From contig OZ004609.1 of NCBI GenBank assembly GCA_963924565.1, forward strand, positions 28,768,001 through 28,832,000: a stretch of DNA of 64,000 nucleotides. Direction: 5' to 3'. Positions 47,901 to 62,700 of the stretch are shown here, piece by piece; within the stretch, counting starts at the first letter, position 1, and each line of letters starts with the position of its first letter. The notes under the pieces are model-generated. The model searched no databases and was not told the origin of the DNA. It saw only the letters and a list, made by a program, of their open reading frames with translations. This DNA comes from Ascidiella aspersa. Lineage: Eukaryota. The translations under genes and the position numbers were made by a program.

Positions 47901-50752
47901 TGACGGACAAAGGTCCGCGACCCACGTGTACCGCTCGTCTCCGATTCGCAACCCTTTGTCCGCCGGGCGCACTTGACAATTAAACGCAGTTATCTGGGAT
48001 GCTCGATTGTGTCGGTTTAGCGCCTCTTCACCGAAGTCGCTGTGTAATTACTTGCGCCGGACTAAGGGGAGATGGGAATTTGCGGTTGTCTTGTCGCACC
48101 TTTCCAGCACCGGCTTTTTGACGAGCGGTGTAACCCGAGTGATCGCTGCGTCTCGGCTGCTTTGTGTTCCTTCTAATTCGGTCCGTTACTCCAGGCAGTT
48201 GCTGGGACGGATTCCAAACCAATTGCCGCCAGCGCCATTCATAAATGTACGATCGTCCAATACCCTCTTGACAAATGTTTCATTAACTCTTGATTATGGT
48301 TTGATAACATACTAACAGCAATTAAACAAACAGTTGCAGTCGCTTACATTATCTCTTTAAACGTATTTTTTTTGTGAAATTATGCTATAGTTAAATTCGC
48401 TTTGCGTATATTTATTATTTTTTAAGGCGACTTGCCGACCTTTTTTTCGAGTCCGAAGTCCAGCGGTATATGTGAAAATTAGTATCGTGGAAGTCGATCG
48501 GTGTTGGTGTCCGGCACTGAATCGTTACATTAAAAATAAATTTCGCAGCGCCTTCCAAAGTGCAAACGCATAGGGAAGGAAGGAAGCCATGTTTTCCGGT
48601 CACCTGTACATGGTAAACACGCAAAGATTTCGCCGGATCTTCTCACGCGCGCGCGCTTTGGTGGCTGAGAGATTACGCAACTTTTTCTTGGTCCAATTAA
48701 CTTTCCCGTCGTTTGAACGAGCGCGCTTGCCACGCGCTTCAAAACCGCGACTTCGGCGCCTCGTTACCGCAAAAGCGGGGCCGGGGCGACCGTGCCTTCT
48801 TCTGGGACTTTATCGTTACCTCGCGGGTGAAAAACGCGCTGAAACCGAAACTGGCTTGCGGTCGGTGGCGGATTTTTCCATTGATCCCGTTAATGAAGCT
48901 CCCTGTGAATAGACGAACCGTACAATAAGGCGATCCCGTCGGAATCGGACGCAACCTTTGTACGCGCTAATGAGATTTATCCGGTCCGACACACCTCTGC
49001 TGTATAAAATCGAATGAGCGCGGCGTTCGGTTTTTAACTGGTGGAATCTTTTTGCACTTTCCTTGGGGCGTAAATTTGTCCCGACTTTAACGTCGGTTTG
49101 TTATGTCCTTTTGCGACCTCTCGGTTTCGAAAGCTAATATAGGCATGTCAGACATTTTGCCTTACATGTATCATTTTTGCAAGGCCACGATTTGTATTAA
49201 CGGGGATTGAGCTTATTACTTATAGGCAAAGGTTTTGCGATTTCAGTTGACGAACAGTAAGAGCAATACCACAGGTTTGCCCTTTAGCCTTTATAATATG
49301 ACGTCACGCTTTTTTTAGGTAAGGATGTCACATTTTTAACTGAATGTATTAAACCTGCTTCGAAACGTGTCCATATACCACAAAATTCCGTTATAACTCT
49401 TACGAGTATCGTCTCAACCCTACCCACAATAAAACTCACTTTTTTGTGTTTCAGTATGCGCCCCAGCGGCACCGGAACTGCCGGCCCCCTTAGCAGCAGC
49501 CCCAGCATCACTGCCCACCCCTAAGGCGAGAAGCTCCACCTCGGGCAGCACCCCTACAGCCCCCCGTATCACCGAGCAACCCCGCGACATTCTGGCGACT
49601 GGAGGGGGAGATGTTGGGCGTCTTAACTGCCGGGCCAGTGGCTACCCACTACCTGCTATTACGTGGCTCAAAGACGGCAAACCGCTGAAAGAAAGCATTG
49701 GTGGGTGTACTTTTAATTAAACTACAATGTTTGTGGATGATTGTAGTTTGCGGTTCGATTTATAATTGTTCGAATCCTAAACTGATAAACCACCTGGAAA
49801 GAAAGCGGGGCCCCGCGCTGTAAAAGTCTAATCACTGATTATCCCCCCATGGCCTGATTTTTAGAGAATCTGGTGCTTTTGTTAAATACGCTATTTGAGT
49901 TGGAGACTAGTGTAGGATAGCGTTAGGCTGACTTTACAAATCGGAAGAAATTGTATGAGGTGTTGGTTAAGTAATTTCTAGAAAATTATTAAATTCAAGT
50001 GCATTAAGAAATTAAGTTACATTTATCGGTTGTAATGCATAATCGGGACGGAATTTTTTACCGAGAGATGTCTAGACGTAACGGGATTGTCCTAAACTGG
50101 CCATATTTCAAGATGATAACACGAGCTGACGGATTTCAGAGAGCTTGGCGTGATACCAACTCTTTTTCTACAATGGGCACCCCCTAAAAATGTGGCTCTT
50201 GGTGTAGGGTGTGCTGTCAAAAAAATACCACCACCTTAATATTGTTCCCAACGTTAAACCGTGTGAGAAAACTTACGCTTGAATGGATTTTGATCGCTCG
50301 TGGATTTACACGTTATTGGACTTGACCTAAAAGTTAATACGATTACAAAAGATTATACCATGATAGAAGTTAATACGATGGTAAGAAGGATTGCGTCAAT
50401 GAGGTAATCATTTAACAAACAAAGCCGTAGTGTTGGCTACGGATTATTTCTCACTGAAAAGTTGGTTTGGAAGTTAGTTCCATAGATTTATGTATTTTAA
50501 AAGGTCACCGCAGTTTTGTCACTAAAACACAGGGTTGAGTGCGTTAAAATATACTTTGTGCTTAACAATTTTTCCAACATTTGTTTTTTATGCCTGCAGT
50601 AAAAAACATCGTCAGTATGCCGGAAGGTGGCCTTATCTTCCTGGAGGTTCTGGGCCGAGGCTCCGACGGTGCCAACGTGGGCTCGTACCAATGCATTGCC
50701 ACCAACCCACTGGGCAAGGTCTACAGCAGGAACGCCTCCGTTCAGCTCGCCT
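38997..50752 (+). CDS. ROBO: Roundabout (Robo) family receptor, 5' part: signal peptide and first Ig domain; gene continues beyond the window
   Basis: Exons 38997-39057 (MKTRLALRILFGLVQCLHVV, G|GTAAGT), 49455-49700 (..PTAPRITEQPRDILATGGGDVGRLNCRASGYPLPAITWLKDGKPL..) and 50600-50752 (KNIVSMPEGGLIFLEVLGRGSDGANVGSYQCIATNPLGKVYSRNASVQLA, T|GTAAGT), all phase 1. Matches Robo Ig1 (PRIVEHP..LNC.A.G.P.P.I.W.K.G..LP.GSLFFL..G.Y.CVA.N.LG.A.S.NASL.VA). No Ig2 exon found before 64000. Confidence 0.85.
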
Positions 50753-53700
50753 GTAAGTGGTGTGAATCGTGTAATTGGAAAGCGCATGTGTGACTGTGTG
50801 TAATAAGCAGCTAACGATGCCTTATAGTTGAACACTGTCTTTATGTGCATTTCTTGTCGAACTGTGATCATAATGGTCAGTGCTACCAGTCAACAATCCT
50901 ATATTTAATAGGTGCCAACACAATGTGAAAATATTTTGTTTAACCACCAAGAAACAGAACTATTAAGTGATTGTAATAGTTTACACAAAGGAAACGTATA
51001 AAAGATGTTCTGTTTTGTTATGTCTATATACTTGGCTTTCACTGTCATATTCAGTAGCATTTAGTTTGCTAAATCTCCTGAAGTCGTATAATTCAAATGG
51101 TATGTAATGGTAAGACTTTAGGCTTCAGTAAATCCAATGAGGATATGTAGCCTCCTATAAACTGGGATTTTTTTAATTAAATAAAGGGTAGAGTAACTTG
51201 AACGTTGCGAAAGAATCCATGGCGTAATGCATAGTCATTCCCGAAAACGTTTAGAAGAACAAATATTTTCTTAGTCCGAATCACAGAAGCGACAACGCGT
51301 TTTTGCGACTCAGGTTTGGGTGAAAGTCAGGTTTTGGTGAAAGTGTGACGTAACGGCGATGACTCAAGCCATTAAGCGCTGACGAAACGCGAAAATGTGC
51401 GGCGAGAGCTGTCCGTAAGAACAAGTCCGCAACTGTAAACGACGTATTAAGTGCTTTTGGCAGCCGAGCATGCAGGTGTATCGCCTTACCTTGCAGAAGC
51501 ACCAGCAAGCGCAATAAGCCTTTTGCGCCTGAGCGGCTCAATCGAGCAACGGCGATAATTGTTTAACACCTATGGCGATTGTTGTGGACTGTGGTGTGGC
51601 CTGCTGCTGAAGTGGCAAATTAATTGATTTAATTGCGCGATTCAGCGGCTTTTGAACAACAAGTATGTTATTGTTATTGATACCGTTCAAACTGCATATC
51701 TAGTCGGTATTCATGTTCGCCACACTTGATTTTGCCTGCACTTGGCGGTATTTGTAATCTTATGAGATTCTTGCTAACAACTGCAAAGAAGAGGTAATAG
51801 ATACGAATTGCTATAAAACTGCGTTCACCAGCCACTTAAGAATAAATGTTCGTTTTTTGTTGTTGTTGTTGGTGCATTTAGCCCTTTTCTGACAGCTGTA
51901 TAAGCCCGCGGTTGGACAGCATTTTTACAACCTTGTGTCTGGCTGGCACTTTAAACTTTTGCCCCGCCCACATGTGAGTTCGCGTTCGCGGAACAAGTGT
52001 CATAGAGCAATGTAACGCGTTTAATCCTCGTCCAACGTTCCCGGGCCTTATACAATGGGCCTTTCGATCGGCTGCGATTACGCCCAAACGAGCATTACAC
52101 AATCCGAAAACAAGCAGCCAGCATTTTAGCGAAGGCGAGTTGTCAGACCACCAAAGGAAAAGCTGATTGACAGTTTAATGCCCAGCCAAATGTTTGACGA
52201 ACGATACGCGCTTGGAAATTGCGTGTGTTGGCGCGCGCGTCGGTGTATTCCTCCGCCATGACGCCACAAACGCCTAATTGTTTCTCCGCGCGATATGCGT
52301 GACGTCATTTCGTCTTGGGCGATGCAATTGTGCGGGGTGGTCGGAAGTGTATTGGTAAGATTGCGCCTTCTCCGGCATTAGGCGCGTCTGTCTTAATGCA
52401 CATTTCTAGTTGTTTTGAGTCAGTTTGGTCGTTGCTGAAGCATTAGCGGAGAGCGCAATAAACCGCCTTATAAATTACGGTCAGTTTACGAGGTGTCGCC
52501 CATCGTTTGTTCTGCGCTGTCAGGCGGGTCAACTGCAATCTATACCTGTCGCTCGCATTAATGCGCTTGCGAGAATGCGGACTGATAAGAAACTTTCCCG
52601 GTGTTTTGGACATATATGCATCACAATTGTTTTTATGCCCGTCGTCTTGGATTTCGTTAAATGGTCATGTACCCGATACAAGGAAATACCCCGTTTTCAA
52701 CCGATTCGAAGCGAAAAACTGTATCGAAGTCGTTTTACGAGTCGTACAAAGTCACTAGAAACGGCGAGTCCATTTACCGCCGCGTATGAAAACTCCCAAG
52801 GTGGTCGCGTATTATTATTCGGCGCTCTCTGACAGGCAAATTGCCGAGGCCGTTTAAGTCGAGTTAGAAGGGAGAAAATGGCATTCCGCGCATTCGGAGT
52901 CCGAAAGATGTCCGATTCACTGTACAACGCGTCACATCTGCTTGTGAGTCAACTAATTTTGCTCCCTAAACTGCGCAATTGGGGGTCGCGGCTTTGGCTC
53001 GGAGCTTTGTCACTTGTGGTGTCCGGCTGTTGGCGCGGGAACGCATCCCGAGTCGGTTTCCGTTTGTTACGTGATAACGAAATCGCCTCGGAAGATGAGA
53101 TCGTTGTAATGCGAAAGATAAATGGTTACCGAGAAACAGTAGCCTCCCTTAATTTACAGCTGCGCTGACAACTGAATGTTTCGAGTATTAATTGCCTCAA
53201 CAACTGATAAATAAGGACGACTTTTATTCTTCACTCCCTTCAGCTTTAATGTTTTTGTGGTGCAATGTTGACACCCGTTAAGCCTATGTTTCATAATAGA
53301 TCAGATAACCTGATCAACTTTCCTTGAAATCCTACTCCCTTTTGAACATTCAAAAAAATCTGTCTTTTAGATTTATATCTGGTAAGTTTGCCGTTTGAAA
53401 GGCGGGACTTATGTCTGTGAAGGAACGTTAATGCACTTGTTTTGCCGCCAATCTCGACTTGTTCACCTGAAACAACAGCAGAGCAGTGGCGGTGTTATTG
53501 TGCCGATTCTGCGAGATTAGGTGCAAGCGGGAAAGGGCGGGCGGTGGCGACGAACACGAAATCAATCTCAATCTCTGCGAGATGTGACGATGGTTGGGTG
53601 CAAAGGGGAGTGAGGACGGTCGCCGGGCGACTGGCAACCGTCAAAGACTAGATTTGCGCGAAATAACACCGCAAGTCAAGTTACTTATCCATCGCCCAGT

Positions 53701-56700
53701 AGTCATTTGTCGGCTGCGTTCGACCGCTCTGTCTGGTCAACATAAGCAACAGCGATTTTTTGCTTCCCTAAGTTATACTGGGTTTGCGCGCGTGGGTAAT
53801 GCGATTAAGGAGAACGTCATAAAAAAACAACGGTCCCGGCCTTCGAGCGAAAATCGCTACGTCTTGCTTTGGCTCGCTTGTCACACGCTGGAACCGAGCA
53901 TTGCGCCGTGAAATCGGATCTCGTCTTTCCTCCTGTCACAGCCTTGTCGCTGCCTGTTGTCGCCTCTTGCCTCCTTCCAGCGCTTTTACTCAGGCGCCTC
54001 GCATTCTGTGTCGGCTCCCCGGATTTTCTACAGCCTTGACATCCGATATTCGCGCTACCGCTTCTTAAAGATGTTTTAGCGTTTTGCGCTGCTAGGCGTG
54101 AAATATTATTGTTTGATAGAGTTTTAAAGAAAAAATAATTGCAAATAATTTTTAGCTGTTAATTGGATTTAAGCGAATTTCGCTGTGTTTCAAATGACAG
54201 GTGTGGCTGTGTTCGGTAAAAAATAGCGCTGTTTAGGTTCAAAGGTCTTCTTTCTTTGCTATACGCCGCACGTACACTTCAATACGCCTGGAATTTTCGC
54301 CGACCGAAATAAGATACCACCTTGGACAAGAATTCGAGTAAAAAAATCGCTCGATTGCAAGTGATTTCAGTTTAAGACAAACCGCGCCATCTACGCCTTG
54401 GCTCGTTTTATATCCCCAATCCTGTTGTTGTTTTCTCAAGTAAGCTTACTCACTGGTCGATCTGTTCAACGATCGGTATAGCGGCGCAAGATGCAGATCG
54501 CGCGTCCCTGGGCCGCGACTTTGGCCTTGTAACTCGATACGAAGGGCGCTCTAAACGAATTAGGATAATTCGGTTTGCAATTTTCGGCCCTTTCGCCTTC
54601 GTCATAATTGGGTTTCGCGCGCCGGCGACGACTTGCTGGGCGCCGCGACGATTACGGACGCTTTATTGTGCGCCGCTTTGGGTTAAAACTCGCTCCAATT
54701 TTCGAATGACAAACTCTTTATGCACTTAAACGTGGGCACGGCCTTTAGGTTTTCCAGGTAATCGCGACTATTTGCGTGCGCCCTCGCCATCAGATTCCTC
54801 TTATTGGTCTGTGTTGCGACGTGACGCAACACTTGATTGATTGACACCTTCATAAAAAAGTAACAGCGTCGGATGCTGTTTACGTACTTAATGGTGCCCG
54901 TAATGGGGCACCTATGTGATTGGATGACCCTTCTACGTAGTGAGCGTTTATAGAGTTAACCTGTCGACCTTTAGCATGCCTGCCATATACTCTAGCGTGA
55001 TTTGACGTACGAGTTAACTGTGAAATCTTAAATTGTCAACGGCATGCCTTGCAACTGCATGTGTAAGTCCAGTTGTCCTATCAGTTTGAAAAGGAAACGG
55101 CGAAATTTCGAACTGTTGTCAAGCATATTCGCGGGCCAGGCAACTTTTAAGTCGGAAATTGGAAAAGGGCGCCGCTGTTGATTTCTGCAATCGATTAGGC
55201 GTTTAAGCCAGTCGGCGACAAGCAACTAACTCAATTACGGCCTTGCGCGACACGACGAGTGCGTCAGGCGACTTGCGTCTGCGACACGCTGCACTATTGC
55301 CGATCGATGATTGTCCTTTCATATGGTCTTTGCAATTTAAAAGTCACTTTCTATCGACAATTGTCGCACTGTAACTACACAAAATCAAATAAATTGTTCC
55401 ACAGTTTCAACCATGCTTGCATGAATGCTTTAAACGTTTAAAGAATAATTTACGTTTTGCTCGAAAGTCATATTAAACCTATCCGCCTTTGTTTATCTTA
55501 CCCTGGTTCACATTTTATATCGAAGCTTTTTTCTATACCAGACATCACATTTTTTGATGTAACGTTGTGCCATTGGGTTCCCGAAGTTCGCATTTAGGCC
55601 TAAAGGTTGTGTCACGAACTCTGCAGAAGTAATTTATGGAAATAAAGCTTTAAAGCATTGTCGTGGCCGTCCCGGGGTCTCATGGGCGTCCGGGCCTCTT
55701 CGAAATCGAGTCAAGTTTAACGAGTGTAATTTGGGTTTCGGGTTACTCATTCGCCAGCGGGACCCAACGCTATTAGGCCTGGCCAGGTTCGGCTTTTAGC
55801 ATTCCCCGCGTCACCGAAAAGTCACGAAGAAAAACTATTTCCCCATCATTCGTAACGCGCCAGAGCAAACCTAAGCAAAGCAGCGCCGACACATTCGGGG
55901 ATCTCGTTTTCACTTGTTTATGGCGTAAAGGCGACGCGCAATTTCGCAATGCTAATGGCTCGGTGTTAGGTTCCCAAACATCGGGTCTTGACGACCTTGC
56001 CTATCTCCCTGTTCGGACCGCTCTGAAGTTTAGAAAATGCACAAATGTATTCGCCGGGCTGAGGCCTGCAGGTAATTTGTACGTTAAATATTAATAAAGC
56101 GTTTGAATGGTTTCGAATGTTTGTATAAGACTCTCGATATATGAGAATCGGTCATAAAAAATCGGTCATTAGTCAACCTTGTTTACCTGCATATTATTGT
56201 GGTAGTGTTTTGTATGTTTGTAAACTGCAACACAGGCGGGATTTTTGGCCCGTGAAGCAACTTGGGAACATGCGCATTGCAGTGACGTCAGTATTCGATA
56301 GCATAAGCGTAAACACGTTGCCGCAAATTCGGAACGTATTTTCTCTAGTCCAGCAGTATAAGGCGAGTTTTTTATTCGCAAGGGCTCGGTGCGTCCCACC
56401 GCAGACGCATTCCAACGCTCGAATCACACCAGGACGCGATGACCCGGTCTGGTCGGTTCGAGCCGCCACAATCCGCCAACTTGCAACCGCGAGTGATTGA
56501 CGTCCAGCTGCGTCCTCCTTCACTCTATAGTTTGTGCCCTGGCTTCCCGCGCTAAGTGAGTTTAAAGCTTTCGGCAAAGAAGAGGCTGGCGACTTCAGCT
56601 TGTCGCTGAGCGCGCGCGGATTGCGGCCTGGCAAATGACATCACGCGGCGATTAGTAGTTTTCCCAGCAGGGCGCCGAGCCAGGCGTGGAGGGCGAGCAC

Positions 56701-59700
56701 CGGACGGCGGGTCATTACGTTTAGGGTACACTTGGGAACCGGGCCAGCGTTCGACCGACCTATGCAGCTTCTTGTGACCGGCATCGGTTTAAATGCCGGC
56801 AGTCGCCGTCGCCCAGGATGCCCTGGATGTAACCCTATCTTCCTGTGTTGACTATGTGTTGTGTATATATATAATGGTGTTACGACCAGAACCTTAACCT
56901 GGCCTGTCGCGGAAAAGCATTTAGCCTGGAGTCGCTTGCTGCTAACGAAGCTGAAGTTAATTCTAAAACAGACAGGCTCATTAGCATTCATTGCCGATGG
57001 TTGGGCGCATTTTTCCGATCATTAGCAACCGAGGACGGGAAAACGCGAACAGACTCGTAAGGGACCATTAAGAGTTTCCCATGGCATAAATTATAGACGA
57101 CAGGGGTGCCGGCGTTGGCATTTATTTGGCCTACTGTTGTACTTCATTTAGAAACGCGCAAAACAGACCAAGTCGACCGCGACGACTTAAACTGTATTTA
57201 AGTCAGTCGTTCGATCGCCAGCGTCGACTAACCGCCTGTTTTCGCGGGCAACATCCAAATGCTAAGCCGCGTATTTTGCATTAAACATTCATCGCAGCCC
57301 GACACCGCAACCGCCAATTGCCCATATGAAACTTACCAGTAATCGAGCCAAGCGCGTTTTATTCTATGGTGCCTCGCCCTTGTCTTCCTTGTGTATGGCG
57401 ATTTTCGGGAGACGACCGCGTTTTAATTATTGAACAGCGACCTGCATTTTGCCGACTGTTCCTTGTTTCTTTGGCGGCATTTGCCCGAAAACAGCCGCGC
57501 GCCGTAAGGTCGACTGTTGTCAGTCGACGAAGGGAGCGGTGCGTTTATGGATTAGAAACGGCCCCGGAGCATCTTTTCAGGCGATTATAGGTCGATGAAA
57601 TATTAAAGAGACGATGCTTGTCTGTCGCGTCTTGGCTGATGGGCAGCCGTGCACTTCTTTTGCAGCGAGCGCGACCAACACCCTGTAATTCTGTAAGACT
57701 GTTTAAGTGTCCCATCCTGTACTGCCTTATCGTCGCGTTTTAGTCATCTTAAACCCTATTCTTAGAAAACATTTCGTGCTAAGTCGCTATAGCCGACTTT
57801 AGCCGAAACCATTTGCGTTTAAACCCAAACCTAAAACAACACTACAACTTGTGTTTGTGTGTGCAACCAACCAGCGCTTTGAAAGGTCCAGCACGTGTAA
57901 ATTAATACCTGCGCAACGAAGCGTACACAAAGATGGCCGTCAGCGAGTGTGGGAAATTCACGTGAACGTGATGGCTGTCATGGACTGCGCGGCGTGTACA
58001 AGTGCTTTCAAAACGCGGCCTTAACCGCGGATTTGTCAGTCAGAATTAGTCGCAATTATCTCGCCTTATCAAGGCCGCTGGTATTTTCGTCCAACTGTGG
58101 AATACTGATTCGTCACCGTTGACCAAGAAACAAAAACGCGGTTGGTTTTTCATCTGTCGAAATGCAGAGACTGTTTGCAAATTGGTGCACGTAATTCGTT
58201 GGACACGCAACATTCGGCTTTGTTTTAGCATAAAACAAGCTTTGTAACGGTCCTTATGCCAAGCAATGTTCCAAGAATAACGATTCGCCTAATTGAGTTG
58301 TTAGCGCAACTGCGATGTCTATCAACGTGGCTTCTTGGAGTAGAAGTATAGCGTCTTAACCCGAATTCTTAATCCGCCGCTCAGATGCCCAAGCGCAGGA
58401 AATGTACTGTTCGATTTGCATTCACGTTGATTGCAAGTGGCCGAAAGGCGGACAGCTGTCCCCGGCCTTTAATCCCCTTCTAAGATGAGGAACTGCATGG
58501 TGCCCGGTCAATAAAGCGAGCATCCAAAAGTGAAATGTTAATTGCGATTTAATCTTTTTTGATTGAGACCTGTTTTACGGTTAATATTAATAATAATGAT
58601 TAATATTTTAAAATTTCTAATTTGCCCCTTTTTTAAATTTGATTGGTAATTCATGTTTTACCATCGCCTTAATTGTGCGAGGCTTTTGAAAAGTTATTTA
58701 TTATCTTGCCTGAAATAAAAAAAACACAGTTTGTTCGAGCCGCAGATCAAATCAGATTTAATTAAAGTTTATTGGATGTTCCTATGTTGCTGACCACTAA
58801 ACGCGTGTGGGCAATTATCGTTATAGCACCAACTGGTCCGAGCATTCTTTCTGCGGGTTTGGGGTTTCATGGCGTCAGTTATGACCTGGTCGAACACCTG
58901 GCGCTCTCACCGCGATACACACTTATCCAAACTAGTTTGGTGAAATAAGTCACGACCTTCTGCTTGCTCCCGAGTTGCGGTTTATCTCGTTGATTCCTTT
59001 CCTTCGGCCAGAAACTCTCACGATTGCTGGCAAAGGCGCGACCAGCACTCGACGTTTCGCCGCTTTCATCAGTCGATGGAACCTCTCCAGATTTCCCGCC
59101 CGTTTTACGTCCAGAATACGTGATTAGGCCTCGCAATACGCGATTAGCCCGCGCCCATCCACAACCGCAGCCGCGAAACCGCCAGGCTTAATTGCGACTC
59201 GCGCCTAACCTAACCAGCACCGGCATCTGTGTTCCCCGCTGGTTATATCGGTGAAGAATGTCGGGCTCAAATATACAAGGAAAAAGCTCTGCCCTTCTCG
59301 GATGTCGCTTCCCTTTCCATTGTCACGGTCACGTAGCGTCGCTTTGTGCGAAGCATGTTCGTCTATATGCGGTTACCCGTCTCTTTTCCGGTTTGTTTGC
59401 CGTCGACCGGTTGTCATTCCATCGTCGACGCTAACAGGATGGTTTGGGCTTCGGGACAGGTGTGTGCAAACATGATTCGATTTTGAAATTTGGGGTTTAG
59501 AGTTTAAAGGAGATGGCCCAAAATTTGAAATTTAGTTGACTTTGTGCCTATAAAATTCTGCCTTAGAATCTTAAAACGCGGAATCCCTCTGGAAATAGCG
59601 AGATAACTACTTTGGTTCTCTGTATCACCAGCCTTGTTTACCGAGACGTGCGCATATGAGCTTGTGCGATAACGCCGACAGGAAATTCGCAAACCGCAAA

Positions 59701-62700
59701 GCGACTCCTAAGCTGACAAAACTCCTGCGTCTGAAACCGAACCGATGCACTCCCGTAAACGAAAGCGTCGCCCTGGCGAAAACATCAGCGACCAACTATT
59801 TTGGAGGAAGAGGGTCGTTTATCACGATCAGCGCTTCCAAGACATCGGGTTCGAAATAAGGGGAGAACATTCAATCAACACAACTCAATTTCGGTCGCGC
59901 CATCCCATCCCTCCCCCCTTACAGTCCAATGCGCGGCGTTTTATCATGTCTACAGACGTGGGCCATACCACCATTAAACAGTCGCTTAATAGTGCCGTTG
60001 CTGCTGTTGCGCCAATTGCGCGAGCAATATTTTGCTACGGTCGCGGCGCTACAAAGCGTTTGAAGCAGAATGACTGGTTAAAACAAACACCCGACGTAGT
60101 AGACCTGCTCGTTCGGACGATGAAATATGGATCCCGGCCTGACGGCTCGGTTGGCTCGCCCGTAATCCGAATGTACATAGCCTCATGTCACATCAGCAGT
60201 TGACCGTTTCATTGTGCCTCTCAGAACCGCTGGTCCTTTTCAAGGCGCCGTGTTTGCCGAAAGGATAACACGGTGCCGTTTTCGCGTTTATATGACTCCG
60301 CGCCCCCGGTGGTGCCTATGGCGACCGTCGCCTTGTTTGTGGGGGTGTAAATTCGACAAACAGCGCTTCTGTGAAGATCGTGAGCGCGGCACCGTCGGAC
60401 TTTGGCAAATATTCACAGCGAAGTTGTACGGTCAGTTGCGACACTTGCATATCGACGGCCACTTCGGAATTACAGGTTAAAGTCCGTGCCTGGGCATATA
60501 CGCTTAGATTTCGCCACACCGACCAGGAAGATTAACTACATAAAGGTAGCTAATAGCGCGGCCGTCAGTTCGCGTTTCATCTCAAAGGCAATAACACACC
60601 CGCGCTGGACTACGGACACCTGTAACAATTTCCACGGCGCAATAACAATCGAGGACCACCCTTCCCCAGTAGTCCACCGCGACGACATAATAACGCCTTT
60701 CGCGCGTCGCGAAGCTGCCAGGGCCCGTTTTCTCGCCCCCGTCTTTCCGCACCAGTTCAGCGTCCCAGGAAGCGGCCGCTTTCCAGCGGGCGAGCTCAAC
60801 TCACGCCGAAATATCCCGGAAAACACACTCGGGCGCGCACAGGTGCGCTAACCGTGGGCTCATATCTCTCTTTTTCCCATCGCGCTCATTTTGACGAGGG
60901 CAGGTCACGCTCGCGCTTATATTATCCTGGCTACTTAACGTTATAGTTACCGGGCTTCGGGCTTGCGACAGCTGGTGCGCAGCAATTGTCGGATCCAGCC
61001 CTCCGCCCGTTTAGCCCTGCGCGTCGATCGCGTGAGCCGTTGTGACGTCAGTGACGCGTATTGTTGTTGCGCGATGTTGGCCGTCTTGCAGTGACGACGC
61101 CTTTGATCTTTTACCCTGGGTGCGCGTATTGACTTTTGATGCCGGGCTAAGGCGAGTTTCGTGGCCGCCGACCGCTAAACGCCACGTTCCAGTAAGACCA
61201 GGGCTTTATTGTTACCTTTGGTCGACTTAATCAACCTAGGGTGCCGTCCACTATATTTCATTTCGCCCTGGAATGCTGGCTATAGATTCGACGTTTGTCC
61301 ACACGTGGACACCGGTCGGACATTCTGTGGCTTTTCGCTCTCCCATAACCAGCAGCTCTTTGTCATTCGCCCGCGTTGCGAGTAAGTCAATTAAAGTCGG
61401 GCGCGAGTTTTGTCCGGTGCGAAATTTCCCGTCTGGAAACTTTAAATTAACCCGTTAACGTGCTTCGGGCGTGCAACTCTGTCTGGATTCGACTTTCAAC
61501 AATACGCTTCCAATTTCTACCAATGTTTCTGTTCGAATCGTTCCCCGTTTAGACTTCAAGCAAATACGGGAGGCAATTTAAATCGCGTCGCCCCGTTTTC
61601 TGGTGATTTACGACCGACGGCCAATCGAGCGGCGGCCGCTTTCATCGTCGGCATCGCGCTAATTTTTCGTCGCGACATGGAAAGCCATCCGGGGACACGA
61701 AAAATCTGCAAGTCGGCCAAAGCGGTTCGACCCCTTCTCGCAGGCTAATTGGCGTATTGCGATGTTTGCTTTCGCTGTGCCCTTGTTATTTCAGCTGCAT
61801 CCCTGTCGCTCGTGAAGTCAATTTTAGCCTCAATGGCACGGCGGGGAGCAGGTTGGGCAAAGGACGGGCGGTCGACGCACAATCACCCCCTTGTTTGCCG
61901 GGCAAGCGAAATTTATGTCCTTGACAATTGCGCGACTTGCGTTTATGGCGCCTTGACGGTTGTCAGTAACAAGTATATGACTACGAGTCTGGTTGCCACG
62001 GTACTTTGTTTTCTACCTTTCCAAGGACCCCCAACAGAGTTTTTTTTTTCGCTACCAAAGACACGCGACGATTTGCCTAAAGTTGTATCCTTCAGCAAGT
62101 AAACGAAATTTGCTCACACGATTATCTTATAATGGAAAAGACAGCGTCTATTATCTCGTTCAATGAGCTAGCAAAACGGTTCGCTCAAGTAGGCCACTGT
62201 GATCCGGGTTTGGTTGCCGTGGCCAATTCAGATCATAGCGACTGACCTTAGAGCGGCCGAAAAAAAATTGTGGGAAAGTGCCCGCTCGCCTTTTCGCTGA
62301 CCCCGCGGCCCGCGTAATAGCCAAGCATTATGTCCCCGCGTTGGTCAGGTGTCGCCTTACCGGCCCGCCACTCCCCTGAAAGTTCACCGGCATCGGTTTA
62401 AGCATCTCCCGGGCCGTCGTCTTTGATGCGGCCTAAATCTCCAGTCGTTAAATTCAATTTTCCTGAATTTCCTCCCAGCCCGGCTCCCCCACTCGATCTG
62501 CTTTTGTTTGTCGCGTTTCGGGCGAGCCAAAAATACCATGAGCCCGCAAATCTCCTGCGAAAAAAAACTGGAACAAAACTCCCGCCCGTCTCGCTTCGCT
62601 GCGCGCATCGTCGGGTCATTGACGACATTGAAACACCCGTTTCCTGTACGCCATACACAAGTCGGTTAAATGTGGATCACCGCTTTTATTCGACCCAATC

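Noticed and set aside
59046-59078. Hammerhead-like string CTGATGA-AAGCGGC-GAAACGTC on the minus strand
   Set aside because: No viable stem II, poor stem I and no related repeat nearby; probably chance.
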